A DNA stretch of 64,000 nt from a virus: the IMG/VR virus record IMGVR_UViG_3300023240_000018, positions 6,086 to 70,085 of that record. One strand, 5' to 3'. The notes beneath the pieces were generated by a model. The model was not told where the DNA came from, did no database searches, and was given only the letters and a program-made list of their open reading frames with translations. Of this stretch, positions 1-8,356 are shown piece by piece (positions within the stretch are counted from its first letter, which is position 1; every line of letters begins with the position of its first letter). Both the position numbers and the translations under genes were made by a program.

Positions 1-58
1 TGCGGGATGGTATTGGAGTTCACCGGCCAGTGAGACGGCCACAAACGGGGGAAAGACT

Positions 59-352
59 ATGAAGACACGACACGATCTAAAACGGGCACGTCAACACGTC
101 GCACAATGGACACGCAAGAACGCAAAAGCCATTCGCGTCTGTGGCGACTATGGAATACATGTTTCGGAATCCGAAAAAGATTCCAGTTTACAAAACTCTC
201 TCCTGTACGCTGACGAGGTTGAGTCCGGACAACACGATAACAATTTCAGCGTCTGGCAAGAGATGCACTATTTTCTGACCGGTGAGTGCGTCAGTTTTCT
301 CCCACCTACCCGAAAAGCATTCCTGTCAGATACAACGGAGACGATACTATGA
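59..352 (+). CDS. hypothetical early protein
   Basis: 97-aa ORF with purine-rich RBS-like leader; first 17 nt identical to start of next gene (ATGAAGACACGACACGA). Confidence 0.7.
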   Translation: MKTRHDLKRARQHVAQWTRKNAKAIRVCGDYGIHVSESEKDSSLQNSLLYADEVESGQHDNNFSVWQEMHYFLTGECVSFLPPTRKAFLSDTTETIL

Positions 353-552
353 AGACACGACACGAACTGTCCAGCGGCGAAGATGCAGTCGAGGTTGATA
401 GCGTTGGAACCCCGACATACACCACTTACACACGAGGTTGCCGTGACCCACTGTACGTCGGTGACGACTTCACGGACGCTGCAAAATCCCTGAACCTTGG
501 AGAGCAGCAGTTCGACGACTTGCTTGCCTCGGATGACGTGTGTCCTGAGTAA
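349..552 (+). CDS. hypothetical early protein (67 aa, acidic)
   Basis: ATG at 349 overlaps previous stop (ATGA), GGAG upstream; internal start of ORF 286..552. Confidence 0.6.
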   Translation: MKTRHELSSGEDAVEVDSVGTPTYTTYTRGCRDPLYVGDDFTDAAKSLNLGEQQFDDLLASDDVCPE

Positions 553-568
553 CACGCTCCGCCTTCAT

Positions 569-585
569 CCGGGATAGGCTCCGGG
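569..585 (+). repeat. intergenic repeat CCGGGATAGGCTCCGGG, copy 1
   Basis: Same motif at 966-982 and 1379-1395, each after a stop codon and followed by a T-run. Confidence 0.9.
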
Positions 586-628
586 ATTTTTCAACTGGCC
601 AGTGAGACGGCCAACAAGGATTGAGACT

Positions 629-949
629 ATGTATTACAAAATCGAAGCAGACTACGAAAACAACGCCACTTTGTTTTGGGCCTCGTTCCGCGAGACGATG
701 CCCAGCGTGTCGGCAGCCATGGAGCGACACGGCCACGTCGTTGTGTCGGAGAACGGCTGGGCGGCGATCCAAAACATTCCGGGATTTGCTGACGGGCCTG
801 CACACGCCCGTGCCGCGCTAGTTGAGTGCGGGGACACTGACACAACGGGTCACGATGCGTGGCATCTACTCAATTCGGAGGACTCCGGAACCGTCTGGTG
901 TACCGAGAGCGAGATGACCGACACTGTACGGGCGGTTTTTGTAGACTAG
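629..949 (+). CDS. hypothetical early protein
   Basis: ATG at 629 preceded by AAGGA; 106 aa. Confidence 0.7.
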   Translation: MYYKIEADYENNATLFWASFRETMPSVSAAMERHGHVVVSENGWAAIQNIPGFADGPAHARAALVECGDTDTTGHDAWHLLNSEDSGTVWCTESEMTDTVRAVFVD

Positions 950-965
950 CACCAGCTCGCCTCCA

Positions 966-982
966 CCGGGATAGGCTCCGGG
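966..982 (+). repeat. intergenic repeat copy 2
   Basis: Exact 17-nt match to 569-585. Confidence 0.9.
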
Positions 983-1013
983 GTTTTGAACCACACACAA
1001 GGGAAATGAAACA

Positions 1014-1364
1014 ATGACACAAGTACGACAAATCAGACAGACACGAGACGCAATCACTGTCATCGACGAGATGGCCTGCAAGACGATCGTACTCACGATC
1101 ATCACTGAGGACTGCGAGATCTACGCCGTGCAGGATGACGACGCAGCCTATCAGCTAATCCCTGACGGTGGCGATCGGTGGGAGCTATCCCCACAGTCGG
1201 TGGGATCGACATTCGACGGCATGGACACCAGATACGTAGTGGCCAAAAAAGGCGACAGGGCACTTGCCAAGGTTTCCGCCTTTGCGGTCCCCACCAGATA
1301 CGTAGTGGCCGCAAACGGCGACGGGGCACGGTGGGAAACCATCACTGCCTATGCAATAGAGTAA
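1014..1364 (+). CDS. hypothetical early protein with internal 22-aa-spaced repeat (TRYVVA..GD.A x2)
   Basis: 116-aa ORF; CACCAGATACGTAGTGGCC at 1226 and 1292. Confidence 0.7.
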   Translation: MTQVRQIRQTRDAITVIDEMACKTIVLTIITEDCEIYAVQDDDAAYQLIPDGGDRWELSPQSVGSTFDGMDTRYVVAKKGDRALAKVSAFAVPTRYVVAANGDGARWETITAYAIE

Positions 1365-1378
1365 CACCTTTGCCGTTT

Positions 1379-1395
1379 CCGGGATCGGCTCCGGG
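1379..1395 (+). repeat. intergenic repeat copy 3
   Basis: 16/17 match (A>C) to the other copies. Confidence 0.9.
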
Positions 1396-1414
1396 TTTTC
1401 AAGGAACGGGCAAT

Positions 1415-1645
1415 ATGACTGATCTCGAAAAGACACGCACGGATCTACAAATTGATCAACTAGTCGAAGCGTTCCGCAACGACCTAACGAGTCGATCAAT
1501 TGCGATCGCGAAAAAAGGCAACCGTGAGTCACTCGACATTAGCGACGTGGCGATAGCGGCTCGTGGGCTTGTCGACATGAAAAGCATTGAGGAGGATTTC
1601 GGTTGCGAACTATTCTCAGAAATTGCAAACTTAATGATCAACTAA
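1415..1645 (+). CDS. putative histone-fold-like protein (76 aa)
   Basis: AAGGA RBS; LVEAFRNDLTSRSIAIAKKGNRESLDISDVAIA resembles histone alpha2-L2-alpha3 with R-x-[TS]-h-x-x-x-D. Confidence 0.5.
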   Translation: MTDLEKTRTDLQIDQLVEAFRNDLTSRSIAIAKKGNRESLDISDVAIAARGLVDMKSIEEDFGCELFSEIANLMIN

Positions 1646-1654
1646 AGGAGAGTC

Positions 1655-1990
1655 ATGACTGAACCACTCACACACGGAGATTTCCACGTGTTCTTTCGTG
1701 GGATCTCACGGGCACTGGGCTCCATCCCGTACAAAACCATGTACGTCGATATCGCGAAAATCGTGTGGGGCATGGGCGTTGGAGAGACCGACCATGACCC
1801 GCTGTTCCTATTCGATCGATACGACCTGCTGGCGACCTACTGCCCTGTTGAAAGCCGTCGTTCGGCCTACGGGGAAACAGAAGTCGTCGAGGTGCGATCG
1901 TTCGACGTGGCTGACGGGCTTGACGGTCGCACAATTGACACAGTAACGTTTCAGAGAATGCGACAACTAGAGGAAGGGGAAGTGGTTTAA
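1655..1990 (+). CDS. hypothetical protein
   Basis: AAGGAG RBS, 111 aa. Confidence 0.75.
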   Translation: MTEPLTHGDFHVFFRGISRALGSIPYKTMYVDIAKIVWGMGVGETDHDPLFLFDRYDLLATYCPVESRRSAYGETEVVEVRSFDVADGLDGRTIDTVTFQRMRQLEEGEVV

Positions 1991-2005
1991 TCTCGCAAGA
2001 CTTGG

Positions 2006-5000
2006 TCATTCCGTTTTCTTCTTGCGACGAATCGTGAACACCTCCCGCGCCCATTCGGGCGTGCCGACATCCCTGCCAGAGTCGATCCATTCCTGGTGTC
2101 GCTCGGCTTGGGAGTTGGTCAACTTCTTGAATCCATCTTGGTCCGTCTTCACCCCGTACTGTTCGAGCGTGGCGTCGTCGACGTCAAGCATGTTGCCCGC
2201 GCTCTTTCGCTCAATGCGAGACTCACGATTCCAAAGGTCTCGAAGATCTTTAGTGGCCTTCACTTTCTCGTATTTCTCAGGAGTCCGCGACTTCACGTCC
2301 TCAGCTAATTCATCAGCGATCGAAAAGGTTTCGAATGAGCGAGCACCAGCATCACGAGCGATCTTGTTTCCGAGTGCGCGGAGTCCATACCGTGCCTGTT
2401 CGGGGGAAACTGTCGTGATCTGTACACCACTCATGAACCTGAGCGCATTCTGAGCGTATGTCTTCCTGGTGTCCCCCAGGTTCTTAACCGTGCTCAAGAT
2501 TCGAGATATCGGGCTGTTGGAGGCCGCAAACTCCAGAGCCCTCGAGCCAAACAAGGGAGACACACCACCACCGGGAGCTTCGTCTTTAAGTCCCAACTGT
2601 GTTGCTATCCTCCCCAGAACTGGGTCCATGTCATCTAGGTCTCGCCCACCCATTGGGCCACCCTGGAATGATGACCGGCCAAGACCAAATTCAGCAAAGC
2701 CTTTTATGAGCGGATTCATCATGCTTAAAGCCGATCGCATGCCCTGCTGCGGATCAGCCAAGCCACCCGCGATATCGGAGAGCACGTCCTCGTGCATCAG
2801 TCCCATTCCCGTCAGGAAGGTCCGGCCACCATCATTGGAGTCCCCGAGGGGAATCGCCATTTTACTTCTCACATGTTCCGGCAGGAATTCGTCCTGTGAT
2901 GATTCGCTGCCATGTCGTTGCAAACGGATCAGTTTTCCCAGCCGGCCAGCCGGGTTTGTCCACAGTTCATTGCTTAGATACTTCGCCTCACGTGAGAAGA
3001 ACGAGTAAAACGGAAAGAATCGTTTCAAGGCCTGCTCGGTGGGCGTAAACGTGCGAGGGTCATAGTTCAACTGAACCCTGTCCACGATCGCCATCGCCTC
3101 ATCGGCCGACTTCCCCTGCCGCATGGACTCAATGAATCCCACCAGTCGGTTGGAGTCGTCGAAGTATTTACCAATAAGATTACCGGCCTGAACAGGAGCA
3201 AGGGTGGTCTCCCTGCGGCGATTGACACCTGCAATGTTAAGCGGGTTGAAATCCCCGCCGCGTCTCCCCATGGCCGTCGCGAAGAGTTCCTTGATAAGAT
3301 CACCAACGCCATTGATCTTGGGGTTTCCAGGCAGAGTGTCAGTGATTGACGCGAAATCTCTCGCTGCATCCACGCTGGTGTCGAGATTGTCAACGTCGTG
3401 ATAAATTGACGATGAGTGCCCGTGTCGTGCAGAATACATCTGACGAACAGCCTTGGTTGCGTTCTCGCCGGTCGCATCCATCCCTCGCTGTCTCATAAAT
3501 TCCGTGACTTCGTCAAATTGCAGCAGCCCTTCGTCTGATCGATTGAACAGGACGTTAAACATCGACTTCATGGAATCGTACGAGAAAATCCCGTGAGTCA
3601 TATTCTGGATCTGACCAGTCACGCCGTCGCGAATGTACCTAGCCTGATGGGTCAACACGCCAGTCTTGAACATCGCGGTGAATGAGCGGAAGGCGTTCTC
3701 GACCGACCCAGCCACACCAGGTGAGTCTGCGGTTGCCTTGAATTCCCACGCGCGATTCATGTCCTCAGCAATCTCGGGGTCAATCCGGATTGTGCCCATG
3801 TAGTCATGGATTGCTTCGAGGTCCAAAAACTCATCATCCTCATTGGTTTTCAGGATATCCTCCGGCCCTAAATCGTCCATCGCCTTTACGAGATCAGGAT
3901 TGCTCGAAAGCATTTCGTCATAGACGGCACGCCGATCCATGGCTGTGAACGAACTCATATCAAACAGTTTGTCCAATGTCATCGCATGGCCACGAACCTC
4001 AGAAGGCATCTGTAAAATGCCTTTCCCAAATGCGTCTCCAGAACCAAAACCATTTTTCAGGACGTGTGTTGTCGCTGCGGAATTCCGGACAGCGACGGCG
4101 AACGCACGGACACCGGTCTGCATGGAGTGAAACGGGTTAGTGAAGATTCCTCCCGTTTCCTTGTAGATTGGCCGGTTGTAGATGTGGTCAGCCAGTTGCT
4201 GGAAACGATCGTCCATTTGGTGAGTGAGGGTTTTTGTGTAATCCTCCATCACAACATTGCCATCTACGTCGACCTTGGGCGTGCCGGTAGCGTCCAGCAC
4301 GGGACGCGTCGACTGCTCAACTCGGCGAGTCTTACTCGCATCTGCCGTGTTTTTTGTGGCGTCGTCCCAGTGACTCAGTTGATCCATCGGAGCGTAGCTT
4401 TCACCCTGCGTGGCTTCGTCAAAGAATTTCGCCATCGGAGGGATTTCATTCACGCCATGATTGGTAATGATTTCCTGAATCTTGCGACCATTCGCCCAAA
4501 ACCACTGGCCATTCACCGTCCACTGAACCGTATCGCCGACCTGGATGCGTGGGTCGTAATTCAGTTTGTTAAGCGCAGCACCCGTTCGAAGCTCGGGGAC
4601 GCCAGCATCATTCAACATTTTGAAATTCTGCTCACCCTTGTCCATGGCTTTTGCATCCCGAAGAATGCGGCCACCAGCAACCTCCTCTATGCGGTCACGA
4701 ACCTTTGTCATCAGTTCTGCAAATGCCTTGGGGTCATCCTTCACTGCATGCGCTTGGTCAGCCAAGGCGTGAGCTTGCGGATCAGAAGTCACATCATTGA
4801 ACGCATTCGTTTCCCCGTCTTTTAGCATCTGGGATCGCTTGCCATGAACCTGTGAGTTTGTGACACCCATTGGTCGAGCACCAGAGCCACCAACTGAACC
4901 GGGATCGTTCCGACTGATCCAGTTTTTCACAGGCGTCATCATCTGTCGATGAAGATGGTCGACCATTTCGTCCTGCAGCACAGAAAGGTTCATGTTGTTC

Positions 5001-6121
5001 TGCTTGGCGTACACCTGGAGCTTCTCATTCATGAACGTCTTTATCCGCTGCAATGGGAGGTGCATCGACTCAGGCATGTCTGGGAAGTTTTTAGCATTGA
5101 CATCCAGTTTAGATTCCATCGTGGTTCGCATCGTCTTTGAGAACCTGTCCATCCAGCCTTCCAGCTCGTCCACTGGAGTATCCTTGGATAGCTCCCGGAT
5201 TTCATCGAACGCGTGGTAATACTCACCACCGAACTCGTTCATGATGGATTTCTCAATGCGAGACGCTGCGATAGCACCCTCTTGGACGGGGGCATTCACA
5301 GCGCTGTTGGCCCTTTTGTCGAACGCCTCCGTCAACCGCTCGCCGACCTTGACCTTGGCAACCTTGGCCGCCGTGAATGCTCGGTTCGCGCCGCGGACAG
5401 CAGCTGACCCTGACCGCTTGATTTTACCATCCGTTGGGTCAACATTATCCGCCCATTTGTTCGCAGCACGAGCACCACCGAGGGCTTTGTCAATGCGACT
5501 GCCCAGCCCGTCACGCATCTTGCCGCCGTATTTCTGAATGAACTCTCGACTGGCGGGATTATTGTGTGCTGCCCGTCCGATATTGAACCCCGGATCGAGT
5601 GTGTCGATAACCTTGCCCGTGGCTGACATTGCACGACTGATTCGACCAGCGGGTTTCGCGGCCTGGCCAGCTTTCCCTGCGAGGGAGATTGCCTTTGCTC
5701 CCTTGCCCGCGGCAGAGGACATCCAACCTGTCGCCCAGCCCAGAGGGTCAAGAGCCAGTTCAGCGCCGAAACCAATCACGTCGCGAGCAAACTCACCGGG
5801 ATCTTCAAGTGGAACCCAGCCTGTTTCCTTGTTGGGCCGCATCCCAAACTGCTCCATCATCGTCCGCCCGTCTGTACGGTTTTCCCCTGACAAGGGAGAG
5901 AGTAACTGATCAAACGGGTTTGCGGCGGCTGGGCCACCGGGAAGCCACGTGACCGCGTCGCGGACCATAGAGCCCGGCAAGTCCAACGCGTTTCCAACCA
6001 TCCCGAGGCCAGACACGACACCAGATGAAAGCTTGCCGACGAGAGATTGCTCGGTTTCGGCTTCGGGCTGACCTAATTGCTGAGATGCCTGAGGCAGGCG
6101 GCGAATCGTAAAGTCTTCCAT
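2006..6121 (-). CDS. large internal virion/DNA-ejection-like protein (large polyvalent protein-like C-terminus)
   Basis: 1371 aa, AGGA RBS; C-terminal 'VQLNYD..FTPTEQ.LKRFFPFYSF...LNPLIK' pattern typical of large phage ejected proteins. Confidence 0.6.
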   Translation of the reverse strand: MEDFTIRRLPQASQQLGQPEAETEQSLVGKLSSGVVSGLGMVGNALDLPGSMVRDAVTWLPGGPAAANPFDQLLSPLSGENRTDGRTMMEQFGMRPNKETGWVPLEDPGEFARDVIGFGAELALDPLGWATGWMSSAAGKGAKAISLAGKAGQAAKPAGRISRAMSATGKVIDTLDPGFNIGRAAHNNPASREFIQKYGGKMRDGLGSRIDKALGGARAANKWADNVDPTDGKIKRSGSAAVRGANRAFTAAKVAKVKVGERLTEAFDKRANSAVNAPVQEGAIAASRIEKSIMNEFGGEYYHAFDEIRELSKDTPVDELEGWMDRFSKTMRTTMESKLDVNAKNFPDMPESMHLPLQRIKTFMNEKLQVYAKQNNMNLSVLQDEMVDHLHRQMMTPVKNWISRNDPGSVGGSGARPMGVTNSQVHGKRSQMLKDGETNAFNDVTSDPQAHALADQAHAVKDDPKAFAELMTKVRDRIEEVAGGRILRDAKAMDKGEQNFKMLNDAGVPELRTGAALNKLNYDPRIQVGDTVQWTVNGQWFWANGRKIQEIITNHGVNEIPPMAKFFDEATQGESYAPMDQLSHWDDATKNTADASKTRRVEQSTRPVLDATGTPKVDVDGNVVMEDYTKTLTHQMDDRFQQLADHIYNRPIYKETGGIFTNPFHSMQTGVRAFAVAVRNSAATTHVLKNGFGSGDAFGKGILQMPSEVRGHAMTLDKLFDMSSFTAMDRRAVYDEMLSSNPDLVKAMDDLGPEDILKTNEDDEFLDLEAIHDYMGTIRIDPEIAEDMNRAWEFKATADSPGVAGSVENAFRSFTAMFKTGVLTHQARYIRDGVTGQIQNMTHGIFSYDSMKSMFNVLFNRSDEGLLQFDEVTEFMRQRGMDATGENATKAVRQMYSARHGHSSSIYHDVDNLDTSVDAARDFASITDTLPGNPKINGVGDLIKELFATAMGRRGGDFNPLNIAGVNRRRETTLAPVQAGNLIGKYFDDSNRLVGFIESMRQGKSADEAMAIVDRVQLNYDPRTFTPTEQALKRFFPFYSFFSREAKYLSNELWTNPAGRLGKLIRLQRHGSESSQDEFLPEHVRSKMAIPLGDSNDGGRTFLTGMGLMHEDVLSDIAGGLADPQQGMRSALSMMNPLIKGFAEFGLGRSSFQGGPMGGRDLDDMDPVLGRIATQLGLKDEAPGGGVSPLFGSRALEFAASNSPISRILSTVKNLGDTRKTYAQNALRFMSGVQITTVSPEQARYGLRALGNKIARDAGARSFETFSIADELAEDVKSRTPEKYEKVKATKDLRDLWNRESRIERKSAGNMLDVDDATLEQYGVKTDQDGFKKLTNSQAERHQEWIDSGRDVGTPEWAREVFTIRRKKKTE

Positions 6122-6134
6122 GACAACTTATCCT

Positions 6135-6205
6135 AAAAAAAGACGGGCACCGGACACTCTGGCTGGCGAGGCGAACCAACCGTGGTGAAGAGACCGATGC
6201 CCGCC
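6135..6205 (-). terminator. long imperfect stem-loop plus U7 tract directly upstream of the RBS of the 1371-aa gene
   Basis: GGCGGGCATCGG pairs with CCGGTGCCCGTC (12 bp incl. 2 G-U), followed by TTTTTTT. Confidence 0.6.
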
Positions 6206-6234
6206 GTGAGCGGATGATCTTGAACGTTAGCCAC

Positions 6235-6555
6235 TCAATTGGAGTGCGTACCTTCAACACCCTTAGCTTTACGATCTCGCGTCCGTCGCTGTAGAGCGTC
6301 GATCGCCTTTCGGAGATGGTCAATCGCCTCAGCGTTGTAGTCGCACGCAAACTTGCTCGACTGATAAAACTCAATCCGATCCTCAGCCGCTGCGATCACA
6401 TCCTCCACAAACGCCCCATTCGGTCGGCGATCATTGCCACGGCCTAGCGGGCCGTTCTGCCAGCTCACAACAAAGCCCCGACCACTTGTGCAGCCGCCTG
6501 CCGGGTTACCATTATCGTCACTCCAGTGCTCTGAAAAGAAACCTTGTGCTGCCAT
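6235..6555 (-). CDS. tad1: Tad1/Acb2-hairpin family anti-defence nucleotide-signal sponge
   Basis: WQNGP...G...EDVI....DRIEFYQSSKFAC..NAEAI.HL..A...LQRRTRDR...GVEGT follows the Tad1 pattern FQ.G...G....DLL....DRL..FQ.GPF..RENA.AL...EEAL.....R..DR..R.V.GT. Confidence 0.75.
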   Translation of the reverse strand: MAAQGFFSEHWSDDNGNPAGGCTSGRGFVVSWQNGPLGRGNDRRPNGAFVEDVIAAAEDRIEFYQSSKFACDYNAEAIDHLRKAIDALQRRTRDRKAKGVEGTHSN

Positions 6556-6634
6556 TGCTCATCAATCTTAAAAAGTGACTAACCATAAAATACACCGGAG
6601 CGACGATTGTCGCCGCTCCTGAATAGCCGGACTG

Positions 6635-8356
6635 TCAGCCAAGAGGCTGCAGGAATAGTGGCTCGACTGAGACTCCGTGCTTAACTGAAACGATCAGCTG
6701 AGCCTCAGCGTACTCACCCGACTCCGAATCATACCCATCGACATCGAAAATGTCATAGTTGTGAAGACCTTCGTAAAGCCTCGAGGAGTCCTTCGAAGTG
6801 ATATTGAACGTTCCGACCAGTCCGCTTATCGAACCTGAAACCTTCAGCAGAGGCCGGCCAGAGTCATCGGAGATGCCGAGCAGGATCGTGTCGTATTCCG
6901 GCTCAGACAGGAACGTAAATGACAGCGAGATAGCGCTCGACTGCTTGAGAGAGATCGGATCACCGACTTCACCAGCCCCGAGGACAGTGACATCAATCGC
7001 CAAGGTGTCGCGAGGGAGCCCGCCAACAATTGCCCCTGCAGTTCCAGCACCGTAAGATCCAGGAAGTGGCGTTATCCAAGGATCTCCAGCTAATCCTGCA
7101 GCAGAGAGGGCCGCCCCAGCCGAACCAGATTCAGTGTGATCACTAAGTTGTGTATCGAAGACCGCTTCAGCAAGTGCCTCGGCGCTCACCCCACCCGGCC
7201 CATTGGCAAGGCTGGCGGTGGTATAAACATTGGTAGAAATCATCGCGGCAAGGCTGGTCAGCACCGCCAACCGCTCCGCCGACAGTTTAGTGTCCAGCGA
7301 TGCCTGCGTGGCGAATCCGGAAACCATATCCGTGTTAGTTGTCGTCGTATCAACAAGCGCCACGCGTGGAATGATTGCCCCAGTATGTGTGACACCTGAC
7401 AACACGATCCCAGTCGCTGACGTTATATTTGTCGGCGTCGCGAATCCTGTCGCCGTCACCAGCGATGTAAGGTCACTCCCCGTGCCAAACGCAGCCAGGA
7501 CCGCCGCAGCATTGTGCGTCGAAAACCCGGTTGCAGTCGCCCAATCGCCTTGATTACTCTGTAGGTCGTCCGTGTCCTCCAGTATCGATGTGATGTTGGT
7601 TTGCATCGTCACCAAATTCGACCATTGAGCGTCCGCCTTCAACGCGGCAACAATTGCCAAAGGTGAAGCATCCCCCTGGACCCAATCAGCAGCGATTGCA
7701 TCAGCTAACGCCCCGATGAAATCTGCCCCATCCCCGGTGTTGATTAAGGCCAAATCGATGACTCCAGCCAGTGTTGACCGCTCGCCGCTTGTTAACGCAT
7801 ATCCTGTTTTGTCAGAGTTGGTTCCTACGGTGACGGCAAACGTAAACGCTGACAAGGTCCGAGTCGTCGAAGTCCAAACATCAGATGCGGAATGAGTGCT
7901 CAATCCGTCTTGAATCGCAGTCACGGCTGTAGTGTTCGGTGCGTCAACTAGATCCATTTCATCGCCCGCCACGGATGCACCTAATGCCACCGCTGACCCA
8001 TCATAACCGCCGACATAGATGTCCGTCGGTCCGGAATCACAATCTGCTAACTCAATCCACACTCTCACCCGCGTTCCTGCGGTTGCCAGCACAGCATCAG
8101 CAAGTCCAATTTTGTACCACCCGTTGCCGACGTGATAAATGCCCCAGTCAGCATGTGACCCGCCTGCAGACATGGATGCTGGTGCTGGCGAGCCTGCAAC
8201 TGTAACCGACACGATGGCCGCATTGCCGATCTGGTATTTGATCGATAGGCCAGACGTGTTGTAAACGGCGTCTGTCTTTGGCAGGCCGTCGGCTACTGTC
8301 CAGAGTTTGCACTCAGTGTATTGATCGACGGACGCCGATTTGTAGACGTTGCTCAT
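6635..8356 (-). CDS. Ala/Thr/Gly-rich virion structural (fibre-like) protein
   Basis: ATG at 8356 overlaps upstream stop; low-complexity A/T/G-rich with repeated ATGF motifs. Confidence 0.55.
   Translation of the reverse strand: MSNVYKSASVDQYTECKLWTVADGLPKTDAVYNTSGLSIKYQIGNAAIVSVTVAGSPAPASMSAGGSHADWGIYHVGNGWYKIGLADAVLATAGTRVRVWIELADCDSGPTDIYVGGYDGSAVALGASVAGDEMDLVDAPNTTAVTAIQDGLSTHSASDVWTSTTRTLSAFTFAVTVGTNSDKTGYALTSGERSTLAGVIDLALINTGDGADFIGALADAIAADWVQGDASPLAIVAALKADAQWSNLVTMQTNITSILEDTDDLQSNQGDWATATGFSTHNAAAVLAAFGTGSDLTSLVTATGFATPTNITSATGIVLSGVTHTGAIIPRVALVDTTTTNTDMVSGFATQASLDTKLSAERLAVLTSLAAMISTNVYTTASLANGPGGVSAEALAEAVFDTQLSDHTESGSAGAALSAAGLAGDPWITPLPGSYGAGTAGAIVGGLPRDTLAIDVTVLGAGEVGDPISLKQSSAISLSFTFLSEPEYDTILLGISDDSGRPLLKVSGSISGLVGTFNITSKDSSRLYEGLHNYDIFDVDGYDSESGEYAEAQLIVSVKHGVSVEPLFLQPLG

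Noticed and set aside
569-1395. Intergenic repeats as integron attC sites or CRISPR repeats
   Set aside because: No RYYYAAC/GTTRRRY boxes and no tyrosine integrase in the window; spacing is gene-sized (about 400 nt).
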